Assembly: GCA_013388645.1 (NCBI GenBank)
Contig: JACAEV010000140.1
Span: 9,700-73,699, forward strand
Origin: Syntrophaceae bacterium
Lineage (GTDB): Bacteria > Desulfobacterota > BSN033 > UBA1163
Length of the DNA stretch: 64,000 nucleotides
Direction: 5' to 3'
Shown here: positions 56,606 to 64,000 of the stretch, in pieces
Layout: every line of letters starts with the position of its first letter
Position numbering within the stretch: the first letter of the stretch is position 1
Position numbers and translations under genes: made by a program
The notes under the pieces: generated by a model
Told to the model about the DNA's origin: nothing
Database searches by the model: none
Seen by the model: only the letters and a program-made list of their open reading frames with translations

Positions 56606-57889
56606 TCATCGAGAAAATAGGTTTGGGAGCCAAGTTGATAGCCATGGAAACAATGTGACTAAAATCAAAGTGAACACTAACATGAAAAAGTAAGGCACAT
56701 AGGACTTACACGTATCAGCGAAAGAGATCTTGAACATCCCGGAAACCACAAATATGTTAACTCCTACAGGGGGAGTTAAAAAGCCGATGTAAAGATTTAA
56801 CAAGAATACGCTGGCAAAATAAATCTCATCAATAGAGAATTTAATATAAAGTTGTTTTAAAATAGGGACAAGGATAACTGTAGCTGAAAGAACATCAACT
56901 AAACATCCAGTCACCAACAGAAATAAATTATTGAATAGCATGAATATCCATTTGTCCCGTACCATACCAAAAATTTGTTCGGCCCATAATTGAGGAATTT
57001 GCTCCAGGGATAAATACCGAGCCAGTACCGAGGCTCCCGAGACAAGAATAAGAACGACAGAGGTCGTTATCCCGGTTTCAACGGCCAGCATAGGGATTTG
57101 CCGAAATTTTAACCCTCGGTGGATGAAAAGCTCCACACAGACCGCATAGGCTGCAGCAACAGCCGCTGCTTCTGTCACCGTAAAGATGCCTCCATAAATT
57201 CCACCAAATATGATGATGGGCATTCCTAAAGCTGTCATTCCATTTTTTATGGACTTAATCATTTTTAAAAAATCAGGTTTTTGGAATTTCTGGTCCGGGA
57301 AAAATTTCTTACCCTTAAAATAAATATAGATGGAGAATAAAATCACAATAATAATTGCTGGGAGTACCCCTGAGAGGAATACTTTCATGACGGATACTTC
57401 GGCAACAAGGGCATAAATAAGGCCCGGGATAGTAGGAGGAATTAACATCCCTAATAAGGCGCTAGGGCCCAGAATTCCGCCGACAAAAGCTTTAGACCAC
57501 CCACGGCTTATCAAGGCCGGATACATAATTCCACCAATAGCTGCGAGAGTGGCAATGTCCGACCCTGTAATAGAACCAAAAAGGGCACAGCCAATGACCG
57601 TAGCAATCGCCAGACCAGAGGGGAAAAAGCCTACACAGGCATCTGCTATATCCAACAATTTTTTGGCCAATGTTCCTCGAGCCATGATGTTCCCTGCTAA
57701 TATAAAGTAGGGGGCAGCCGAATAGGAGTAGGGTTGAATACTGTAAAACATGTTTTGGACAACCACTCCCAGGGGAATATGTGCGATAAAGGCATAGACA
57801 AAGATGGAAGTGGCAATCATGGCAAAAGCCACGGGAACGGATATGAACATCATCATAACCATAACAAGGAGGACAATCAGTCCTTCCAT
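56606..57889 (-). CDS. dctM: TRAP transporter large permease (DctM family), second system
   Basis: 427-aa polytopic DctM-like protein. Confidence 0.8.
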   Translation of the reverse strand: MEGLIVLLVMVMMMFISVPVAFAMIATSIFVYAFIAHIPLGVVVQNMFYSIQPYSYSAAPYFILAGNIMARGTLAKKLLDIADACVGFFPSGLAIATVIGCALFGSITGSDIATLAAIGGIMYPALISRGWSKAFVGGILGPSALLGMLIPPTIPGLIYALVAEVSVMKVFLSGVLPAIIIVILFSIYIYFKGKKFFPDQKFQKPDFLKMIKSIKNGMTALGMPIIIFGGIYGGIFTVTEAAAVAAAYAVCVELFIHRGLKFRQIPMLAVETGITTSVVLILVSGASVLARYLSLEQIPQLWAEQIFGMVRDKWIFMLFNNLFLLVTGCLVDVLSATVILVPILKQLYIKFSIDEIYFASVFLLNLYIGFLTPPVGVNIFVVSGMFKISFADTCKSYVPYFFMLVFTLILVTLFPWLSTWLPNLFSR

Positions 57890-57979
57890 TATTTATCTCC
57901 TCCTTTATCAGGCAAATTGATCGAAAATGGAGACACCTGGATCAATTTTTTCCAGCAAGTCATTATCCGTTTTCTACAA

Positions 57980-58474
57980 TCATTTGCTCTTTTCATCCCC
58001 TTCACTTAAGGGTTTGAGAATTTTTATAAAATTTTCAGCAAACCGAAAAACGGCTATAAGGTAACCCAGAGGCATAACGATCAGGAGTATTCCCACGGGC
58101 AACCAATACAGAGATGTTAGCCTCTGGTCCCTTTTTAGGAAGTCGTCAACAAATTCGAAAGAAAGAACGAGAAGGATCGTCGTTACTCCTAAAGTCAATA
58201 GGTTCGCTACGAAATTCAAACTCTTTTTAGTCTTGGGAATAAATTGGATCACCATGTCAACACGCATGTGACTCCCTATGCGGGCACCAGGGCCGATTCC
58301 AATCGTGATGATAGCTAACAAAAGAAAACCGGCTATTTCCTCAACCCAACTCAAAGAGCTGCCAATGACATAGCGAAAAAAGACACCAACGACAGAAATT
58401 ATGACACTTCCCATAACGGCCGAGGCTAAAAAGGCATGCTCACACACCTCTACCCATCGACTGACAATCTTCAT
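57980..58474 (-). CDS. dctQ: TRAP transporter small permease (DctQ family), second system
   Basis: 164-aa four-helix protein between dctP and dctM. Confidence 0.7.
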   Translation of the reverse strand: MKIVSRWVEVCEHAFLASAVMGSVIISVVGVFFRYVIGSSLSWVEEIAGFLLLAIITIGIGPGARIGSHMRVDMVIQFIPKTKKSLNFVANLLTLGVTTILLVLSFEFVDDFLKRDQRLTSLYWLPVGILLIVMPLGYLIAVFRFAENFIKILKPLSEGDEKSK

Positions 58475-58598
58475 TTTTTCCCCTGTGGTTTTTACCTACC
58501 CAATTGACAATGTTGCCTGACTCCTCTCATTCTAAAATTATATTACGTCCGCGGTGTCCAAATCTACCCTTCATTTAAAGAGAGTATTTTAACATCAA

Positions 58599-59645
58599 TT
58601 ATTCTAATATTTCTTTATCATAATCACGGCCAAGAGATTTATATACAGTTCTCATAAACTGCCGGCCATCATGGGATTTCTCATCAACTTTTTTCTCATG
58701 ATCAATCACTACTTTTTTAGTTGCCGCAATCCAGCGAGCCTTTTCTTGTTGACTAATTGTCCAGACCTTAACTCCCTTGCTTTTTAGGAAATCAATTGCC
58801 TTGTCATCGAAATCCTTTGACTCTTTTTGCTGTTTAAAACAGGCTTCAACGGCTGCATCAATCACGATTTTTCTTAAGTCCTCAGGCATACTGGCGAGGG
58901 TTTTTTCTCTCATCCAAAAAATATAAGTCCCGAAAAGATGATCAGAGACTGTAATATTATTAATAACTTCGTGGAAACGATTTGCCACCATAATTCCAGG
59001 AGGTGTTGTGAGTCCTTCTATCACTTTTTGTTGGATTGATTGGAAAACCTCTGGAAAGGGAAGGGGAGGAGCATTCATGCCCAGAGCTTCAAGCGTACCT
59101 TTAATTGTATATGCTTGAGCTGCCCTAAGTTTTCTTCCTTTACATTCTTCCAAAGTTCGAATAGGTGGATCTTTGTAAGCCAAGGCGTTAAATCCATAGG
59201 GTATCCATCCCAAACCAATCAATCCATTACCTTTAAGGCTTTCCAGTATGAGTTTGGCACCTTCACTTCCAACCCACTTGTTGAAAAAAGTATCCCAATC
59301 CTTGATTAGAAAGGGGGTATACATTGTCATTGGTTTGGGGTCGAGCGAACCAGCAAGAGCACAACTTATAGTAGCAAATTGAAGTGTATTATTATTGATC
59401 TGGCTCACAATATCCATTTCTCCCCCTACTTGGCCACTATGGTACCATTTCCCTTTAATCTTCCCTTCTGATTTAGTCTCCAAGATTTTTAGAAATACTT
59501 CACCGCCTCTTGCATAAGGATGGGTTAAAGCCCCTGCGGTGGCACCTCTTAGTTCATAGACCTCTACGGCCTCACCCGAAGACGCCCAAAAGAATCCCAA
59601 TGTGATGATACATACCCAAGACAATATAATTCTTTTTGTTTTCAT
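58599..59645 (-). CDS. dctP: TRAP transporter substrate-binding protein (DctP family), second system
   Basis: Signal peptide MKTKRIILSWVCIITLGFFWASSGEA and the DctP fold. Confidence 0.8.
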   Translation of the reverse strand: MKTKRIILSWVCIITLGFFWASSGEAVEVYELRGATAGALTHPYARGGEVFLKILETKSEGKIKGKWYHSGQVGGEMDIVSQINNNTLQFATISCALAGSLDPKPMTMYTPFLIKDWDTFFNKWVGSEGAKLILESLKGNGLIGLGWIPYGFNALAYKDPPIRTLEECKGRKLRAAQAYTIKGTLEALGMNAPPLPFPEVFQSIQQKVIEGLTTPPGIMVANRFHEVINNITVSDHLFGTYIFWMREKTLASMPEDLRKIVIDAAVEACFKQQKESKDFDDKAIDFLKSKGVKVWTISQQEKARWIAATKKVVIDHEKKVDEKSHDGRQFMRTVYKSLGRDYDKEILE

Positions 59646-59841
59646 CTTAAGTCTCCTTTTTCTTTAAGGGTTATATGCAACTCCGATAAAGATTTTTGAA
59701 TAAATTCTTCTTAAAATAAATTCTTGGATCCCTTTTCGTTGAATTAACCTTCACCTCCTTTCATCATTTTCTAAAATTTAAACCTATGTATGCGACAACA
59801 ATTATCATCCTGTTGGTGAATTTTCTAAGAATTCAATATTC

Positions 59842-60249
59842 TTAGTCTCTTTGTACCAACTCAATGTAAACACCGTTGAACTCTTCCGGCTTGATCACAG
59901 CGACCATTGAACCCCTCGATCCTCTGATAATCTGATCCCAGACAAACTCTACTCCTTTTGAGCGAAGCTCCTGAAATGTTTTATCGAGATCTTCCACTTC
60001 AAATGCAATATGGTGGATCCCTTCGCCCCGTTCCTTGAGGAAATCGGCGGCGAGACCCGTATCGCCCGTTGTTTGGACCAATTCTATGTTGGTTTCCCCG
60101 ATTGGAAGGAAAGCCACTCTGTTGACAACGTTTTCTACTTTGACCTCTTCAATTTCTTTTATCTTCAAGCCCAAAAGAGATGTGTACTTCCTTATCCTTT
60201 CTTCCAAGTCCTTTACAACGATGCCAATATGCTCAATCTTTATTAACAT
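59842..60249 (-). CDS. VOC-family protein, methylmalonyl-CoA-epimerase-like (second copy)
   Basis: HIGIVVKDLEERIRKY...GIHHIAFEV. Paralogue of 45689..46099. Confidence 0.6.
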   Translation of the reverse strand: MLIKIEHIGIVVKDLEERIRKYTSLLGLKIKEIEEVKVENVVNRVAFLPIGETNIELVQTTGDTGLAADFLKERGEGIHHIAFEVEDLDKTFQELRSKGVEFVWDQIIRGSRGSMVAVIKPEEFNGVYIELVQRD

Positions 60250-60258
60250 CCATCGCTC

Positions 60259-61839
60259 CTATTTCTGAAATTCCCTTCTTAACCTGTAACCTGCTTTCTC
60301 TCGATCCCATGCATTAGCGATTCCTCTTCTTCGAAGTTCAAATTTCTGGGCCCGATCCGTAGGTGTCTTGGGAAACTCTTTCAAAAACTCCACATATCTG
60401 GGGACCATGAAATAAGCCATTCGCTCTTCACAGAATTTTATTAAGTCTTCAGGTTTAAGCTCCTTGTTGGGTCGAAGGATTATATAAATCTTGACATCGT
60501 CCTCACCAAGTTCAGACGGAACTGCTATAGCTGCAGACTCTAATACGCTTGGGTGGGAATTAACTATCTTTTCAATATCAAATGAAGATATGTTTTCTCC
60601 CCGGCGCCGGATGCAATCCTTCATACGGTCCACAAAATAAAAATAACCGTCCTCATCCTTGTATCCTCTATCCCCGGTATGGAACCATCCTCCTTCCCAA
60701 GCTTCTCTGGTTTTGTCAGGTTGCTTATAATACCCTAAGAACATGGAGTAAGGGATTTTTTCTTTCACTACAATTTCACCGGTTTGGCCCGCAGGAACTT
60801 CACGATTGTTTTCATCCCATATCGTGACTTCAGCAAAGCTGGTTGGTTTCCCGATTGATCCTACCCTAATATTATCTGGTGGATTACAGAGAGGAATCGC
60901 TCCGTTTTCAGTAGCACCATAACCCTCAATAATCTTTACATTGAACCGTTTCTCGAAATCCAACCAGATTTCTTTAGGGGCAGCCCCCCCAAAGGCAATT
61001 CGGGCAGGGTTATCATTATCGTCTTCACGCTCTGGTTGCTTCATCAGTATAGTAAGTATCCCACCGATGTAATTGAAGACAGTGGCTTTATATTGACGTA
61101 TTTCTGCCCAAAAACGAGAGGCCGAAAATTTCTCTCTTAGGACATAGGGACGCCCTGAACACAGAGCCCCCATGGTCGAATACATTTGGGCGTTCGCATG
61201 GAAAAGGGGTAGTGTGGTAAAGAAAATATCATCATCCCGATATTGAAGGATCTCATCGACCCAGACTTGAGCCGTGTTGATGTAATTGAAGTGGCTAATC
61301 ACGGCACCTTTTGGTGGGCCTGTAGTCCCTGAAGTATAAATGATTCCAAGGGGATCTCCATCCTTTATTTCTATTGTTGGTGGTTCTTTCTCTTCTGCTT
61401 TTTCCATGAGGTTTTTCAAAGAGTGAAAGTTCCCAGGTAGCGGAGCACCATCGTTATGTAAGATTTTCTGTTCAATGACTAGTAGATCTTTCTCAACAAA
61501 TGCATAAGCATCATAGAAACGCTCATTCACCACAATCAATTTTGAATCGGAATGATTAATGATATATCTTAATCCATCTCCACGAAGGTTAAAATTCAGA
61601 GGTACCATCACACCACCAATTTTTGCGAGTCCAAACCATAGATAGACGAATTCGGGGCAATTGGGAAGAAGAAAGCATACATGGTCTCCTTTTTTTACAC
61701 CCAACTCACGAAATAAATTGGCTGCTTTATTTACATTCTGATCTAACGTTGCAAAGTTAATAATCTGATCTCGAAAATATATAAAAGGTTCCCCTCCGTA
61801 ATTTTCCGCTCTGCTTTCTAAAAGCTTTTTAATTCTCAT
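60259..61839 (-). CDS. AMP-dependent acyl-CoA synthetase/ligase
   Basis: IIYTSGTTGPPKGAV AMP-binding motif and the ANL-superfamily layout. Confidence 0.8.
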   Translation of the reverse strand: MRIKKLLESRAENYGGEPFIYFRDQIINFATLDQNVNKAANLFRELGVKKGDHVCFLLPNCPEFVYLWFGLAKIGGVMVPLNFNLRGDGLRYIINHSDSKLIVVNERFYDAYAFVEKDLLVIEQKILHNDGAPLPGNFHSLKNLMEKAEEKEPPTIEIKDGDPLGIIYTSGTTGPPKGAVISHFNYINTAQVWVDEILQYRDDDIFFTTLPLFHANAQMYSTMGALCSGRPYVLREKFSASRFWAEIRQYKATVFNYIGGILTILMKQPEREDDNDNPARIAFGGAAPKEIWLDFEKRFNVKIIEGYGATENGAIPLCNPPDNIRVGSIGKPTSFAEVTIWDENNREVPAGQTGEIVVKEKIPYSMFLGYYKQPDKTREAWEGGWFHTGDRGYKDEDGYFYFVDRMKDCIRRRGENISSFDIEKIVNSHPSVLESAAIAVPSELGEDDVKIYIILRPNKELKPEDLIKFCEERMAYFMVPRYVEFLKEFPKTPTDRAQKFELRRRGIANAWDREKAGYRLRREFQK

Positions 61840-62043
61840 GCATTTTCTTTTAAATTTTTATAGTAGTACCATCGCTTGATTTAGTATTTTTTAACCTTAA
61901 AACGAAAAAAAATGCTTTAAACCAATGTTTATTATGTGGGATTACATAGCATTGAAAAAATATTATTTATTTTGTATGATACTATAAGTTGTATGTAAAT
62001 CCTCTAAAGCAAGGGTTTTGACATCCCCACTTCTGGGTAGCTA

Positions 62044-63624
62044 ATGAAAACATATGTATCCCTTAGAGATCTCCTCTATCATAATAAAAGACTAATTCCC
62101 CAAGAGATTTTAAATCGTTTACAAAACATTTCCAGGTCACCCTATCTCGAATTCCTCGAAAAAGATGAAGGCCAGCGCCGTTTAAAAATTTGGACAGATT
62201 TGATGATTAGGTCATTGGAGAACGATGAAGGGCAGAAAGCTTTTTTTATGGACACAGAAAGGGTAGGCTATGCTCGAGCAGTTCAGGGATTTAGAGTGGA
62301 AGACGTGCTTCATGTTTACGAAATTTTTCAAAAAGTCTTAGTAAAAATATTTCAAGAAGCAGTGACCCAAGAGATGATAGAAATAAGTTTATACAAAGAG
62401 GTTGAAAAGCTAAATCAGATCTTACTTCAATGTATCACTATTGTCTCCACCTCTTTCCTTAAAACTCGCGAGGAAATGATTACCGAGAAAGTTTCCCACC
62501 TTCAGAACCTTTTCGACTTCACACAGGAAATTGTTAAAACATTCGATTTGGAAAAAATTGCCAACCATATTCTTACCAAAATGACCTCTCTCTTCTGTGT
62601 GGAAGGTAGCATTTTGGTTATTTGTAGGGAAGAACAGATTCAACAAATCTATAATTATCCTTCCCAAAAAGAATTTAGTGATGTTATGTCAATTGTAAAA
62701 AAAATGTTAAGTCAGAAAACTCCCTTTTTCATTGATGAAGAAGGAGATATTTATAGGGAAATCAGTAGCTTCCTTCTCAAACGGGTTGTGTCAGTTCCTA
62801 TCCAGATACATGGGCAATGTTACGGTATCTTGACTCTTTGTAATGGCTCAAAGGGGTTCAAATTTACGAACAAGGAGCTCGAACTTCTATATCAATTTAT
62901 ATATATTATGGGTGTAGCGTTAGAAAATGCGTTTATGTTGGAAGAGATTGAACAAGGACGTCAAGAACTTCGTCTGCTTACAAACAAGATGATTACTTTG
63001 CAGGAAGAGGAACGTAAACGCCTAGCTGAAGACATTCATGATACACTAGCTCAAACGTTAACGGGAATCGGATATAAGATCCAGTTTTGTAAGGAACTTC
63101 TAAAGAGGAATCCCGCATTATTGATGGTGCAGTTCGATAGTCTGATAGAAAATATCAATCATGCTATTGATCAATCGAGAGAGATTATCTCAAGTTTGCG
63201 GCCTGACCTCATTGATACCATGGGGTTGGTTCCAGCTCTTAAACGCTATATTGAAAATTTTATGCAGGAGACAGACATAAGGGTTATCATGCATTTACCC
63301 AAACGAGTTAAATTGTCTTCGGGGGTAAGAATTTGCCTTTTTCGCATTGTTCAAGAGGCATTGACGAATGTATATAAACATGCTGAAACAAAGGTGGCTG
63401 AAGTTACCCTTAGACAAGATAAAGAAAACATCTTTTTAATTATAGAAGATAGGGGGAGGGGATTTAATCCATCTCACAGGGATTTTAGGAGAAAAGATCA
63501 AGGAACACTTGGACTTCTTTCTATGAAAGAAAGACTCGAAGCAATAGGAGGAATATTTGCCATTCATACTGGATTAAACAAAGGATGTAGAATCGAAGCA
63601 AAAATCCCCTTAAGCGAGGAATAA
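62044..63624 (+). CDS. GAF-domain sensor histidine kinase (HisKA_3/NarX-type)
   Basis: EERKRLAEDIHDTLAQTLTG H-box of the HisKA_3 family and a C-terminal HATPase (IEDRGRGF, GGIFAI). Large N-terminal GAF-like sensor region. Confidence 0.75.
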   Translation: MKTYVSLRDLLYHNKRLIPQEILNRLQNISRSPYLEFLEKDEGQRRLKIWTDLMIRSLENDEGQKAFFMDTERVGYARAVQGFRVEDVLHVYEIFQKVLVKIFQEAVTQEMIEISLYKEVEKLNQILLQCITIVSTSFLKTREEMITEKVSHLQNLFDFTQEIVKTFDLEKIANHILTKMTSLFCVEGSILVICREEQIQQIYNYPSQKEFSDVMSIVKKMLSQKTPFFIDEEGDIYREISSFLLKRVVSVPIQIHGQCYGILTLCNGSKGFKFTNKELELLYQFIYIMGVALENAFMLEEIEQGRQELRLLTNKMITLQEEERKRLAEDIHDTLAQTLTGIGYKIQFCKELLKRNPALLMVQFDSLIENINHAIDQSREIISSLRPDLIDTMGLVPALKRYIENFMQETDIRVIMHLPKRVKLSSGVRICLFRIVQEALTNVYKHAETKVAEVTLRQDKENIFLIIEDRGRGFNPSHRDFRRKDQGTLGLLSMKERLEAIGGIFAIHTGLNKGCRIEAKIPLSEE

Positions 63625-63644
63625 ATTCAATTAGGTAAGCCGTC

Positions 63645-64000
63645 ATGATAAAGGTAATGATTGTTGACGATCATATCGTAGTTAGAGAAGGACTAAAACA
63701 GCTAATTGGGCTCGAAGATGATATTGAAGTAATTGCAGAAGCTGACAACGGATTAGAATGTTTAAATCTTCTTGAAAAGACGTCTCCCGATCTCATTTTC
63801 ATGGATGTTAGAATGCCAGGTATCAGTGGAATTGAGACAAGCCGATTAATTTGCCAGAAATATCCACACATTAAAATTGTTATGCTTACTATTTATGAAG
63901 ATGATAAATATGTAGCCGAGGCCCTTCAGGCAGGAGCAAAAGGTTATATCTTGAAGAAGGTAAATCGAGACGAATTGACGAAGGTTATTCACCACGTCAT
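63645..64000 (+). CDS. NarL/LuxR-family response regulator (receiver domain; 3' end outside window)
   Basis: MIKVMIVDDHIVVREGL...LIFMDVRMPGISGIE receiver motifs. Truncated at the window edge. Confidence 0.75.
   Translation, partial: MIKVMIVDDHIVVREGLKQLIGLEDDIEVIAEADNGLECLNLLEKTSPDLIFMDVRMPGISGIETSRLICQKYPHIKIVMLTIYEDDKYVAEALQAGAKGYILKKVNRDELTKVIHHV

Noticed and set aside
1-64000. Mobile element, prophage or genomic-island boundaries
   Set aside because: I found no integrase, transposase, recombinase, tRNA target or long direct repeats. The YjqB-family gene is the only phage-associated family present, and it stands alone.

Overview
This 64 kb window looks like chromosome from a moderate-GC, K/E-rich anaerobic bacterium; phylum cannot be assigned from sequence alone. 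It is gene-dense and almost entirely metabolic. I found no rRNA, tRNA, CRISPR array, integrase or transposase. The main gene groups are listed below.

- **Radical SAM island (2.9-7.6 kb).** Three radical SAM enzymes. Two are divergently transcribed PflX/AmmeMemoRadiSam-like enzymes that each carry a twin-arginine (Tat) signal peptide. The third is an HpnH-related radical SAM with a C-terminal Cys cluster, preceded by a 46-aa two-helix membrane peptide.
- **Small hydrolase trio.** A YjqB-like poly-gamma-glutamate hydrolase, an ArfB-like GGQ peptidyl-tRNA hydrolase and an HD-domain hydrolase.
- **Persulfide/CoA-disulfide reductase.** A CoA-disulfide-reductase-like flavoprotein with a C-terminal rhodanese domain.
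- **c-di-GMP signalling.** An HD-GYP phosphodiesterase co-transcribed with a 609-aa HEAT-repeat protein. The two proteins share a paralogous N-terminal domain.
- **Unusual 2-oxoacid:ferredoxin oxidoreductase operon (gamma / GltD-like flavoprotein fused to delta ferredoxin / alpha / beta).** A glutamate-synthase-small-subunit-like NAD(P)H flavoprotein is fused to the delta ferredoxin.
- **Transport.** Two DctPQM TRAP transporters and one TAXI-type TRAP solute receptor.
- **Tungsten aldehyde:ferredoxin oxidoreductase** with its own ferredoxin.
- **Catabolic block 1 (+ strand, 39.5-45.6 kb).** GntR/FadR-family regulator, TAXI receptor, MmgE/PrpD-family enzyme and a GlcD/GlcF-like FAD/Fe-S oxidase pair.
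- **Catabolic block 2 (- strand, 45.7-61.8 kb).** A 16-kb single-strand block: acyl-CoA ligase, VOC/epimerase, TRAP DctPQM, NAD-dependent epimerase, HMG-CoA-synthase-like/DUF35 fusion, thiolase, short-chain dehydrogenase, MeaB, propionyl-CoA carboxyltransferase, split methylmalonyl-CoA mutase and methylmalonyl-CoA epimerase. A divergent GAF histidine kinase and NarL-type response regulator flank it.

The findings I consider most notable:

- **Two selenoprotein genes missed by the ORF track.** Each has an in-frame TGA at the position of a conserved redox Cys, followed by a SECIS-like hairpin starting 10 nt downstream. One is a thioredoxin-fold UxxC protein. The other is a C_GCAxxG_C_C-family protein.
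- **Tat-signal radical SAM pair.** Radical SAM enzymes are normally cytoplasmic, so predicted export is unusual.
- **Membrane peptide plus HpnH-like radical SAM module.**
- **Fused NAD(P)H module in the 2-oxoacid oxidoreductase.**
- **Intergenic palindromic elements.** At least two families are built from tandem 7-8 nt units, each present at two or more loci.

Coordinates use the printed sequence.
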